The notes under the pieces are model-generated. The model was not told the origin of the DNA, made no database searches, and was given only the letters and a program-made list of their open reading frames with translations. This document shows, one piece after another, positions 1-11,425 of a stretch of 64,000 nucleotides of DNA (the first letter of the stretch is position 1; every line of letters begins with the position of its first letter). The translations under genes were made by a program, and so were the position numbers. Origin of the DNA: Octopus vulgaris (lineage: Eukaryota); contig OX597815.1 in NCBI GenBank assembly GCA_951406725.2, forward strand, positions 168,516,001 through 168,580,000. Direction: 5' to 3'.

Positions 1-346
1 AGTACAGAAACAGATTCTGTAAATGAGTATAAATAGAGACAGATACTATTGATGAGTATAAAGACAGATAAAATAAATGAGAAAAAATAGAGATCGTCAT
101 CATTAGCATATAATGTCCCTTTATCCATACTGGCATGTGTTGAGTGGTTTGACACAAACTGACAAGCCAAAGGATTACACCAAACACCAATTTTCTGCTT
201 CACCATGGTTTCTGTAGCTGGATATCCCTCCTAATGCCAACCATTTTACAATGAACTGGGTGCTTTTTTTTTTTATAGCACCAGCACTAGTGAGGTTGCC
301 AAGTACTCACAAGATAAGAAACCCCTCAAGTGAGCTAGGATATAAT

Positions 347-721
347 CAGGCACGTGCCGTCTTTAATTACTCAGGTAATGGTATATAGTAATGAAACAAT
401 AAAAATAAGCGAAATACAGGCATGCAACTGTGTTGAAAGCAGATTTACTTCTGCCTTTATAGCCTGTGAAGAAAATGTAGGAGTGTATACAGCATTACTA
501 TGCATAGCTTAAATACAAAGATTGAAAGGCAGGGCAATTTATGCCTACTTAACCTACAAAAAAATAAAATATTTTGCATTTTATGCATAGAAATCAGAGT
601 AACTTTCATAATTTTATTGAATTAAGTGCATATTTTGCCATAAAAAGAAAATGTTGCTATTGATCTATTTTATTCAAGGTAGGCACTGCCTACCTTTGCC
701 CACCCAGGCGGCACGTCCCTG
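347..721. mobile_element. Non-autonomous hAT-type MITE
   Basis: TIRs CAGGCACGTGCCG / CGGCACGTCCCTG (12/13 match) and a perfect 8-bp TSD GATATAAT (339-346 and 722-729). Confidence 0.8.
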
Positions 722-731
722 GATATAATAA

Positions 732-911
732 TGGTTTCAAATTTTGGCACAAGGGGGAGGGGTAAGTTGATTACATCAACCCAGTGCTCTACTGGTACTT
801 ATTTTAAAGAGATGAAAGGCAAAGTCAACCTCGGCGGAATTTGAACTCAGATGAAATTCCTCTCAGAATTTTACCCAGCATGTTAGCAATTTTGTCAGTT
901 CACCACCTTAA
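732..911 (-). mobile_element. SINE family B, partial copy
   Basis: Reverse complement of the conserved block CTGAGTTCAAATTCCGCCGAGGTTGACTTTGCCTTTCATC...AAATAAGTACCAG also seen at 17731, 23089 and 23554. Confidence 0.7.
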
Positions 912-1483
912 AGCTGGGGTATAATATTGAATGATGTGAAAGTAGGATAGACAGACATGAACAAGAACAGGTGTCTTGCTAAAGAGGTGAATACACGGTT
1001 TCCTCAGCTGGAAAGAAAGAGGAAGAGAGAAGGATGGTGAGGGCATACCATCAAGGTATGAAGTGAATATATGAGAAAAATGCTATAAAGGAATATAAAT
1101 AAGACCTACAATCAATTTGATCTCTTTTTCCTATTTTCAGAAAAGTTTTGAGACTAAACTACCAACTTGAAAACTGTTATTGTAAAACTGTTAAATCCTA
1201 CCATTGTTATTGTATAGTAAGTATCCATTTATGACTAATGAAGCTTAAAAAATTCATATGACCAAAAAATTCATATGACAATCACTTCATGACCAAGTAG
1301 TTAAAACAGAATGGTTAAATGAAGCAAGCTTTACAGAAAATAATTCATTAAAATATTTCAATTAAACTGAATCTTCCAACTTATACTCAGCGTAAACTAA
1401 TCAGTTTTAAAATAATTACAAAAAAAGATATAAAAATAAAGATAAGAGATTTTCACAGTTATATTCAATTATTTTCCAAATGA

Positions 1484-1830
1484 TAGGAGTTCTCAACCAT
1501 TTTTTGCCTACAGACCTTTTTGATTATTATTTATTCTGGTGGACGCCCATAACCATCCAATGTCTAAAAACTAATTTTATAGATACTTCTTTCAAAATTA
1601 CTTTTTGTTCATCACGCATTCACTTGTGTAGATTGAACAATGTAAAACGTTAGAGAAAGAAACTTAGCTGTTTTTTGAAATACATACTAATACAGACATC
1701 TAAAGCAAAGTTTTTTCAGGGGCCTTTAAAATACTTTTGTGGATTGCCAATTTACTATTTTGTTGCATGGATCCCCCAAAATCTTATATGGATCTTGAGG
1801 GGCCATATGGACTCCAGTTGAGAACCACTG
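1484..1830. mobile_element. hAT (Charlie-like) MITE, degenerate
   Basis: Ends TAGGAGTTCTCAACC and GTTGAGAACCACTG resemble CAGTGGTTCTCAAC-type hAT TIRs. Confidence 0.6.
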
Positions 1831-1914
1831 TCTTAGATGATCTCACACAGGTTTTAGAAATGGCATTTTTATCATATTATATTATAAGTAAACTGTAAAT
1901 GCACCTAGTACATA

Positions 1915-2090
1915 CAAAGTGGTTGGCATTAGGAAGGGTAACCAGCTGTAGAAACCATCCCAAAGCAGACACTGAAGCATGATGCTATCCTTGGATCTAT
2001 CAGAGCCTTTCAAACACATCCAATTCATGCCAGCATGGAACATGGACATGAAATTGATAATAATGATGATGATGATGACAACAATGACAG
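1915..2090 (+). mobile_element. RTE-LINE-related 3' tail fragment
   Basis: GTGGTTGGCATTAGGAAGGG...CCAGCATGGAA...(GAT)n, the same tail as at 39250-39410. Confidence 0.6.
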
Positions 2091-3213
2091 CAACGGTGAT
2101 CACAATAATGACAATGATGATGATGATGTAAGCAAGACAGCAAATTGGTTGTGTTGCCAAAAAATAGTAAGGTATGTCAAAGTAAGGCGTGATAGTGACC
2201 AAAAGAAAAAACAAGGATAGTTATTCTTAAAGAAAGAAAATACTTAGAATATTGGGCTTCACATTTTTGGTGAAGCAAGACGGAAACACACAGAGAATTT
2301 AATTTGTAGACTTAATTCATCTAAATAGAGACAAAGTAAGGAAATAATAATGATCATGATGATGATGGTGGTGGTGGTGGTGGTGGTGGTGGCTGCAGGA
2401 ACAACAAAGATGATGTCTGTGGTACTGCGTGCAGTGATAATGATGATGAGTGTTGCAGGGTCTGTTGTTGATGCTGCTGGCTCCTCTGAAGGTACAAGAC
2501 TGTGAGAGCTTCCTCTATACTCCCTCACTGGGCCTAGTTCCAGCTGTTGATAAACTGGGCTGGCCTCATGAGGCTGACTCATAGAAAATGTATATCAAGC
2601 TGTGTAGGTATTTGTGTGCAATAAAAGACATGCACAGTGTTGTGCATACGGACCTACACAAAGTTAAAGTGTGGAATGCATGAGTTTGAAATACATGGCA
2701 CTGTGGTTATTTGGCCAAATGTCAGTCCTAATCAATGATGATCCAATCATGGCTATTACATCTTTTTGCATATCTCGGATTTCATTGGCCATCCATCTTT
2801 AAACTGGAAAGATATGGTTCGAGGAAAATTCAGCTGCTATTTCTAGCAGGTTGATAGACTACATAGTGGGTTGTGACAGTGTAATTTGAATGTACTTGAA
2901 TAATGTTTGTTCCATTTGTGCTAATGTCTGACAGGAAAATATTGACTATTTTGTTGTGTGGAAAGTATATGAGGGAATTTTATAGCATTTATGAATTTAT
3001 TGCCTGTAGATTTCCTTTTAGTTGCTCTATTGATATTTCTGATGTGGTAAGGCCGTTTGCTCTTGTAGTGTCAGTCACCATTTGTTGTTCATTGTCAGTG
3101 TGAAGTAGTCATTCTCAAACAGTACACTGCAAGGGGTATCTAGATGCACCATGGATCAAAAGTATCAAAAGTAACAATTTTTATTTGCATTATTTTTTGA
3201 CTCAACTTTGTAT

Positions 3214-3245
<32 letters not shown>

Positions 3246-3716
3246 ATTTGGCTCAAAAGCAAATAGCAAGGCCATGTAGGGGGACATGGAGTTAAGTACA
3301 GGGTGGTGTTCATGTAAAGAGTTCAGGCCACTCGAGGTCCAGGGAGGCTTTGAACAAAGCGGTCGTCGGCATCTTCACCATCTCGTCTGGCAGCTTGTTC
3401 CACGGATCCGCAACCCGGACGGAGAAAGCTCCTCTCCTTCGATTGAGATGAAATCGTCGCAGGTAGAGCTTTTCGGAATGACCCCGCAGCCGACGCTCTG
3501 GAGCAGGAGTGAAGAACAGCTCTTTCGAGAGGTTACACTTTCCGCTTATGATGTTGTGGGCGAGAATGAGATCACTACGGCGGCGGCGTTTTTCAAGAGA
3601 ATAAAGGTCGAGCGTCCTCAGCCTTTCTTCGTAGGACAAATTTTTGAGACCATGAACCATGCGGGTAGCCAGCTTCTGGACTCTTTCGAGATGCTGTATG
3701 TCTTTGAGGAGATAAG
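3214..3716 (-). mobile_element. CR1-clade LINE, 5'-truncated 3' fragment
   Basis: ORF2 C-terminus ...LERVQKLATRMVHGLKNLSYEERLRTLDLYSLEKRRRRSDLI...RRLRGHSEKL...FSVRVADPWNKLP...FKASLD is typical of CR1. It is followed by a short 3' UTR and a (CTAA)n tail at 3214-3245. Confidence 0.9.
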
Positions 3717-4042
3717 TGTGTGTTAAAAATTAATGCAGATAAAAGATGCATTACTTTCTGACTCACCCTCATAAAATACAGACACAAACACATACACACA
3801 CGCATAAATGACAAGCTCCTGCAGAGTTTCTGCCAATCAAATTCCCTTATAAGGCTTGGTCAGCTCTGGGCTATAGCAAGTGTTGTGAAATGAGATTGAA
3901 CCTAAACCATATGGTTCTGAAGCAAATTTGTTGACCACACAATATTGCCTGCCCTTAAGTCCATTTTATTATGTATGCAATGTTATTGCTTCATATACAA
4001 CTTATACTGATTTGGAATGTTACTATTTTGGATGGCTTAGAG

Positions 4043-4326
4043 CAGTGGTTCCCAAAGTGGGTGGCACTGCCCTCTTGAGATTGGGGAAAGCGGGGGATAT
4101 TGGAAAAAATGTGGAGCAATAATGGGGTGGCCAAAAGGAAGCAATGAATGTTGTAAAAAAAAACCCCAAAATAATGGGTTAATTAAGTTAAGTTTTATTT
4201 GTGAAATACAGTTGTTTCAAATTTGCTCCAGAAAGTGGTCTGTGTTTGTGGTTGTGAGGGTGGGGCTGAAAGGAATGTGGTCTGGGTGCCAAGAGGGAAG
4301 CAACCTGAAAAGTTTGAGAACTACTG
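4043..4326. mobile_element. hAT (Charlie-like) MITE
   Basis: TIRs CAGTGGTTCCCAAA and TTTGAGAACTACTG. A related copy lies at about 49610-49887. Confidence 0.7.
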
Positions 4327-4535
4327 GTTTATAATATGATGTTTGTACGTAGCAATTGGAACTAGTCAATAAACTCATATTCTTCGATGGATTGTTTAAT
4401 GGATTTACATGTTGCTTCTTTCTGTCCTCCCTATCGAATGCAGTGAATGCTGACTGAATTTCAGATTTGTAGAATAACCTTAATTATAAACTAATATATT
4501 CAGACTTGTGTCTAAATCAGTCACAGCAACCTGCA

Positions 4536-5208
4536 ACTCGTGGGATTTTCTCAATGGCGTGCTTAATTCAAAAAATTACCTTGAATTTTTTGCGTAAAGT
4601 GGCCTACCTAATGATGAGCCATGTCTCATACAACCTGCTTCTTGAAAACAGTTGTCCATGCCTGGTCTAAATCTCAGTTGTCAGAGTCACAATGTTTCAG
4701 CCATTGTACTTTTTCTGGCCTTCTTCAACAAGGCCTGTCATATTAAATAACATCCTTGAAATTTCAGAGCAAACCCTCTTTATTCAAAACCATGGAGATA
4801 CATAGTTTTCATTCCAAAGCCCATGCCAGGAATACTCTTGTAAGTCAATAACCCAGGTACTAAACCTACACTCATGGAATTTTCTCAATGGCATGCTTAA
4901 TTTAAAAAATTACCTTGAATTTTTTCCGTAATGTGGCCTACCTAATGATGAGCCATGTCTCATACAACCTGCTTCTTGAAAACAGTTGTCCATGCCTGGT
5001 CTAAATCTCAGTTGTCAGAGTCACAATGTTTCAGCCATTGTACTTTCTGGCCTTCTTCAACAAGACCTGTCATATTAAGTAGCATTCTTGAAATTTCAGA
5101 GCAAACCCTCTTTATTCAAAACCATAGGGATATATATTTTTCATTCCAAAGCCCATGCCAGGAATACTCTTGTAAATCAATAACCCAGGTACTAAACCTA
5201 CACCCATG
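4536..5208 (-). mobile_element. Two-copy ~334-bp tandem duplication of a Penelope-like element 3' end
   Basis: Direct repeat with period 334 (4541 vs 4875). On the minus strand each unit reads a frameshifted EYSW...MK(T/N)xYP(Y/H)GLNKE, then TTGAAGA-A-GGCCA...TGGCT-GAAA-CATT-GTGAC. Confidence 0.6.
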
Positions 5209-6039
5209 AGATAAACTGATCCTTGATACTTAATCAATGCTTACAATCAGTTATTGTCTTAACCTACATTTGGGTAATGGAAATTAGGAGCTTAAACATT
5301 TTTTTTTTATTTCAAAAATAACATTAAGCTTAAGATGATTTTAAAGAAATTATTTTTGTTGTAAATGATGTAAATGACCAACACAGCTTTATGGAGTTAT
5401 GGAAGACAGTCAGTTTACTATTGGGTATATTTTAGCTATTGGAATATCACCATTTCAAAGCAGTTCACATTTATTGTAATACTTAGTGGTTTTGTTTTTT
5501 AATTAAGTTTTTTGTATTTTATGATTAGGAAAACTTAAAAGAAAGAAATACTTTCAATCTTTCTTACTAGATAACACAAACATATTTGAAGAATGAGACA
5601 CAGAATATGTAAAGATTTTAATAAAAAAATTCAGATAGGAATCATTACAGAGAAGTTATTAAATAAACGAGAGATAAACTAATAAAAGAAAGGATTATTG
5701 AAACATAAATCATAGTTTAATGGATCACAAGTTGAAGTAATTATTGAAAATTATTGATTAATTGCTGGCTGAAAATGTCTACCACTGCTGTTGCTAAAGG
5801 AAAATATAAATAACTAGTAAAGGCTTTAAAATGTCTGAGAACAAAAATAAGTTTCTTTAATTCTGTTATTGGTTTTGGTTATTGGAATGGGGTCATACTG
5901 GGGCACTGCCTTCAAGAAATTGCAGTTGATATTATCAATCACTGTGTTGATTTAATCAAACTCTGTTGAATGTGACATAAAGGGGCACAACATATCAGTT
6001 TACGCAGGTAAACATAAATGCACCTGAACATGTGTATGT

Positions 6040-6343
6040 TGTTGTTTGTTTGTTCCTTCTCGAGCCATGCCTGGCTCATAAGGGCCAGTTTCCCGGTTTC
6101 TTGGTGTATAGGTTCCCCACCTGGACGGGACACCGGTCCATCGCAGGTGAGCTGCAAGATACAGGAGGAAAGAGTGAGAGAAAGTTGTGGCAAAAGAGTC
6201 AGAAGTTTCGCCATTACCTTCTGCCAGAGCCACGTGGAGCTTAGGTGTTTCGCTCATAAACACACACATCGTCCAGTCTGAGATTCGAACCCGCGATCCC
6301 TCGACCGCGAGTTTGCTGCTCTAACCACTAGGCCATGTGCCTC
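6040..6343 (-). mobile_element. tRNA-derived SINE (family C head) with a 19-bp TSD
   Basis: Minus-strand head TGGCCTAGTGG (A box) and GGTTCGAATC (B box), tail (ACAA)n. The TSD CACCTGAACATGTGTATGT is at 6021-6039 and 6344-6362. Confidence 0.9.
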
Positions 6344-7139
6344 CACCTGAACATGTGTATGTGTGTGTAAAACCGAAATAGGATACAAGAAAGAGATAGA
6401 AGGAGAGAAAACAATATCATCATCGTTTTTAACATCATCGTTTCCATGCTTGCCTACATCAGACGGAATTCACTGGGTCCAGTTTGATACCTGTTTTGTT
6501 GCTAACCCTCACTTATTTCCATACATGGTAATATTCTCCCATGTCTAGACATGTTTGCACAGAAAATTGGAAAATAACTGACACAGCTTTTCTGTGAGTG
6601 ACTATCGTGTGATGTCAAGACGAAGAGAGTAAAAGCCATACACACACACACACATATATTCTTTCAGTTTTTACCAAATCCACTCACAAGGATTTAGTTG
6701 GCCCTAGGTACCATGCAGCAGAACTGAACCTGAAACTACATGATAGGGAAGCAAATTTCTCAACCACAACCCCTACACTATATATATATATATATATATG
6801 TACATGTATCCACATACGTTTATATATATATATATATATATATGCACTTATGTATATACAGTATGATTCAGCACAGTTCCTTCCAACCAGATTCCACTTA
6901 CAAGACAATGGACAACTCAAGGCTAAAGCAGAAGACACATGAGGTGTTACAGAGTGGGATTGAACTAGAAACCATGTGGTTGCAAAGTGAATTTCTTGAT
7001 CACAATTGTTATGCCTATACAGTTAGAAATTTTTCAACATTTCATCTTTCACTTCTATTCTGTTATCAAGAAGTGTTGTGTTTATTAGATATCTATGATT
7101 AAAGAAAAATAAAGAACAAATAAAAAAACTTATTCTTAG

Positions 7140-7323
7140 CACATTCATGGCTGTGTGGTTAAGAAGCTTGTATTGCAACCACATGGTTTTGGGTTCAGTC
7201 CCATTGCACAGCAACTTGGGCAAATATCTTCTATTATAGACCTTACCCAACTAATGCTTTGTGAAAAAATTTAGTGATGGAAACTGTGGAAACCTGCTGT
7301 GTGTGTGTGTGTGTGTGTGTGTT

Positions 7324-7368
<45 letters not shown>

Positions 7369-7583
7369 TGTGCATGCGTGCGTGTGCACACGCATTTTTG
7401 TATTTCTACTACCACTTGACAGCAGGTATTGGTTTGTTTACATCTCCATAGTTTTGCAGCTCAGCAATGAAATAAATGTCAAACTTAAAAATAAGCACTA
7501 GGATTGATTTATTTGGCTAAACCCTTCAAGCCAAGAGTGTCAGCATGGCTGCAGTCAATTACCGAAACTAGTAAAAGATAAAA
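7140..7583 (+). mobile_element. SINE family A, degenerate full-length copy
   Basis: TGGCTGTGTGGTTAAGAAGCTTG...GGGTTCAGTCCCA...TTGGGCAAATATCTTCTA, internal (GT)n, and a GAAACTAGTAAAAGA tail. Aligns to 20621-21034. Confidence 0.75.
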
Positions 7584-7954
7584 TACTCCAAATATAGGAG
7601 ACATTTTATTTTGATCAATAAATCCATAATGTATCCGAAATTCAGAAACATTTTTTAGAGTTATTGCTTTGCTCTATCACAGAAAAAAATTTTTAAATAC
7701 ACACATACATGTAACCAGAAAAATTTTTAAAATTATCTAAAACAGTAGAAATACAATTAATACACCACCATCATTGTTTAATGTTCACTTTCCATGCTTG
7801 AATGGGTCAGTCAGAAATTATTGAGGCAGATTTTCTATGATCAGTTTGCTCAACCTATTGCCAACCCCCACCTGTTTCCAGGCAAACTGATATTTTCCCA
7901 TAGCAACACATTTTCAGAGAAGATTCTAAACAAACAATCTTGCTTATATCACAA

Positions 7955-8381
7955 TAATAGGAGATGAAGAGAGAGAAGAAAAACAAAACATAAAAGTTCA
8001 CAGTTCAACTTTCCGATGTCGTAGAAACAGCTCCTCATTCCTTTACTCCTGTCCTCTATGTCATCATTTCATTAATCTATACCCTTCTCGTTTTCCCTAT
8101 TTGTCTGTGATGACAGAATATCCAATACTCTGGGATATCCCAGAAACAGCTGTAAGACTTTGAATTTTTTTCAATAATAATAATGTATATGACTCGAGAT
8201 GTTTGCCTTGCCTTAACATTTCTTGTCCTCTTTAAGAATTATATATCCGCTATATCGGAAATCTGCTATGGCTCCATAACTACTGTCTCAGCTACAACCT
8301 TGGAGCCCTAGTAATCCATTACTCCACATACCTAGTGTACCTAATCATTTAGATTACCTGTGAACTAAACCCCCATACTTT
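7955..8381 (+). mobile_element. Penelope-like element remnant with a hammerhead motif
   Basis: 8103-8158 reads GTCT-GTGATGA-[stem II ATATCC/GGATAT]-GAAA-CAGCTGTA-AGAC. The element ends at a (TA)n array. Boundaries are approximate. Confidence 0.55.
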
Positions 8382-8405
8382 GTATATATATATATATATA
8401 TATAT

Positions 8406-8803
8406 ATAGCAGTATCGCCCGGCGTTGCTCAGGTTTGTAAGGGAAATAACTATATAAGCATTTTTAGAGAGTTATAGCCAAAAAATAGCAAAAAAATGCA
8501 TTAAAAATGGAAAAAAAATTATGTAAATTTTTTTTTAAATCGTTGACTCATCGTAGACATTTTTAGAGAGTTACTTCCCTTATATAATAGCGAAAAAAAT
8601 GCATTAAAATGGAAAAAAATTATGGTAAATTTTTTTTTAAATCATAGACTCATCATAGACGTGCGCTAATACCCAGAAGGGCTCGATATGAATCACGACT
8701 ATAAGATACCCGGTTTTGGTTAAACTGCACCGCAAAATGTGGGAGTAGTTAGGAATCTAAATCGTAGGAGACAGACACACAACTTCACTTTTATATATAA
8801 AGA
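8406..8803 (-). mobile_element. Non-autonomous Helitron
   Basis: The minus strand starts A|TCTTTATATATAAAAG and ends with the GC hairpin CCTGAGCAACGCCGGG...CTGCTA. It has an internal tandem duplication. A second copy with an intact CTAG end is at 37852-38235. Confidence 0.8.
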
Positions 8804-8818
8804 TATATATATATATAC

Positions 8819-9130
8819 GGAGGTGCAATGGCCCAGTGGTTAAGGGCAGCAGACTTGTGGTTGTAGGATCGCGATTTCAATTCCCAGAGCGGGTGTTGTG
8901 AGTGTTTATTGAGCGAAAACACCTAAAAACTCCACGAGGCTCCGGCAGGGGGTGGTGGCGAACCCTGCTGTACTCTTTCACCACAACTTTCTCTCACTCT
9001 TTCTTCTGTTAGCCTGCTCGCTTAGCCAACGGGGTGGCGTCATTTGAAGGCTAAAACAATGCGAAGCACATTGTGACCAGCAATGTGTAGCAACATCTGA
9101 TAGCCTGGTCGGTCATGGTGATCACGGTGA
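8819..9130 (+). mobile_element. tRNA-derived SINE family C
   Basis: GGAGGTGCAATGGCCCAGTGGTTA head, inserted in (TA)n, closely similar to 11106-11393. Confidence 0.85.
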
Positions 9131-9606
9131 TATATATATACACATACACACACACATGTATACAGGCACATACAAACACACACACACACACACACACACA
9201 TACATAGTGGTCTTCTTTCAGCTTTCAGTCTCTGTCTACCAAATCCACTCACAAGGTTTTGGTTGACCATAGGGCTACAGTACAAGACACTTGCATAAAG
9301 AGCTGCACAGCAGGACTGAATTCAATACCACACAGCTGGGAAGCAAGCTTGTTAACCACACAGCAACACCTGCATCTCTTGTAACATATTTACTAACACC
9401 AAATTTTGAAACTGACACTAATTCAAAAGCAATTAAATAACTTTCCATTCCTTTCATCACAGCTTAAACTGAATTAAAAAAATTTACCACATTTCTCACT
9501 TGTGGACTGTTGCTTCCCTATTTACCATTTTCCCCTACAACTTCACAATTACAGTTCTAAGTTCTCAGCCTAACATTATCAATGCTTCGTTTTGATACTG
9601 CATGAA

Positions 9607-9755
9607 ATAATAGTAGTAGTAGTAGTAGTAATGATGATGATGACGACGATGATGATAGTAGTAGTAGTAGTAGTAGTAATAGTAGTAGTAGTAGTAGTAA
9701 TGATAATAATGATGATGATAATAATAATGATAATAATAATAATAATAATAATAAT
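9607..9755. repeat. Compound trinucleotide microsatellite (TAG/GAT/AAT)n
   Basis: Seen directly in the sequence. Confidence 0.95.
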
Positions 9756-10365
9756 ATCTTGTCCTTCATGCATCCTTGACCACCCAAAGATATCTTCAGC
9801 TCATTTCAGTTCAGCCTTTCTTCTTAAATTACATTCCATGTCTGAAGAAGAGGAATGAGGAGGAGGAAACCAACATCAACACCACCACCACCACCACCAC
9901 CACCATCATGATTATCATCATAGAAATTTTTCAGTCTCTTTCCAGCCATTATGCTACCACTATCAATAAACAGAGTCTGTAATGAAGACGCCTCTACTTG
10001 GTTGACTGATCTGTTGTGAAAGATACTTCAGGAAGCATTCTGCATACTAAACACAAATTAAACAATGAAGTCTCACATCTGCAACAACAGAGTGAGAGGA
10101 GAATATTTCGTTGAGTTATATTGTTAATATTCATAAACAGTGTTTTTGTCCGGCCTTACATTCTGAGTTCAAATTCTGCTGAGGTCGACTTTGCCTTTCA
10201 TCCTTTTGGGGTTGATGAAATAAGCACCATTTGAGCACTGGAGCTGATGTAATTGACTAGGCCCCTCCCCAAAATTGCTGACCTTGTGTCAAAACATGAA
10301 ATTAATATTCATAATTAGCATCACTGCATTCTCTCTCTCTCTCTCTCTCTCTCTGTATGTGCACA

Positions 10366-10398
<33 letters not shown>

Positions 10399-10399
<1 letters not shown>

Positions 10400-10532
10400 A
10401 CGGGAAGCTTTATGAAAATAGACAAAAGACGAAGGCAGGTGGAAAACAAATAAACAATTGTATTAGTATGGCGCTCAGGAAATATAAATAAAACAAGTCT
10501 TTAACGTTTTGAGCCTACGCTCTTCAACAGAA

Positions 10533-10535
<3 letters not shown>
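10399..10535 (-). mobile_element. Short Penelope-like terminal fragment in (TA)n with a decayed hammerhead
   Basis: Minus strand 10535-10498: TCTTT-CTGTTGA-A-GAGC(GTAG)GCTC-AAAA-CGTT-AAAGA. G12 is lost, consistent with CpG decay. Same family as about 22280-22460. Confidence 0.6.
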
Positions 10536-10574
<39 letters not shown>

Positions 10575-10578
<4 letters not shown>

Positions 10579-10792
10579 AGGTCCCGGGTTGAGTCGGGGT
10601 TAACCACAGTAAATAAGGTACTCAATACATAGCAGAGTAAATTAATTTATTTTGTAGAAGGAGCTTCTACAGAACTAGAACTGTTTCATTCAAAAGAAAT
10701 CATCAGGAAGCTCTGATACTGCATGATACTGATGAGCTTCCTGATGATTTCTTTTGAATGAAACAGTTCTAGTTCTGTAGAAGCTCCTTCTA

Positions 10793-10799
<7 letters not shown>
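10575..10799. mobile_element. Penelope-like inverted terminal element in (TA)n with two hammerhead ribozymes
   Basis: Perfect 66-bp inverted repeat (10648-10713 / 10734-10799) with a 20-nt spacer. Each arm encodes a type I hammerhead. Confidence 0.75.
10734..10786 (+). ncRNA. Type I hammerhead ribozyme motif (identical copy on the minus strand at 10661-10713)
   Basis: Helix I GAGCTTC/GAAGCTC, core CTGATGA, helix II TTC-TTTT-GAA with a U.U closing mismatch, GAAA, helix III ACAG/CTGT, cleavage triplet GTA. Confidence 0.75.
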
Positions 10800-10841
<42 letters not shown>

Positions 10842-11057
10842 GTCATGAATGACAGAGAAATGGTTTGACAAAATTCAATTTAACAATAAGAAAAATAAAT
10901 TTCATCAAGCTATTTCTCTATCATTTATGACTTTATACACTCCTTATCATTTTCTCATGTACCTTACTATATATTCTATATGTTTTGTAAAATGACCAAT
11001 TTAGAGGCTTTTTTATGACTACTACCAGATTACTTGAATCCATATATTGTGACTTAA

Positions 11058-11105
<48 letters not shown>

Positions 11106-11106
<1 letters not shown>

Positions 11107-11393
11107 GAGGCGCAATGGCCCAGTGGTTAGAGCAGCAGACTCGTGGTCATAGGATCGCAGTTTCGATTCTCAGACCGAGTGTTTATTGAGCGGAAATGCC
11201 AAAGCTCCACGAGGCTCTCGAAGGGGATGTGGCAATCCCTGCAGTACTCTTTCACCACAACTTTCTCTCACTCTTTCTTCTGTTGGCTTGCTCGCTTAGC
11301 CAGCAGGGTGGCATCATTTGAAGGCTAAAACAATGCGAAGCGCAATGTGACCAGCGATGTGTAGCAACATCTGATAGCCTGGTCGGTCACGGT
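11106..11393 (+). mobile_element. tRNA-derived SINE family C
   Basis: GGAGGCGCAATGGCCCAGTGGTTAGAGCAGCAGACTCGTGGTC...TTTCGATTC head, with TCG in the anticodon-like loop (tRNA-Arg-like). Flanked by (TA)n. Confidence 0.85.
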
Positions 11394-11394
11394 A

Positions 11395-11421
<27 letters not shown>

Positions 11422-11425
<4 letters not shown>

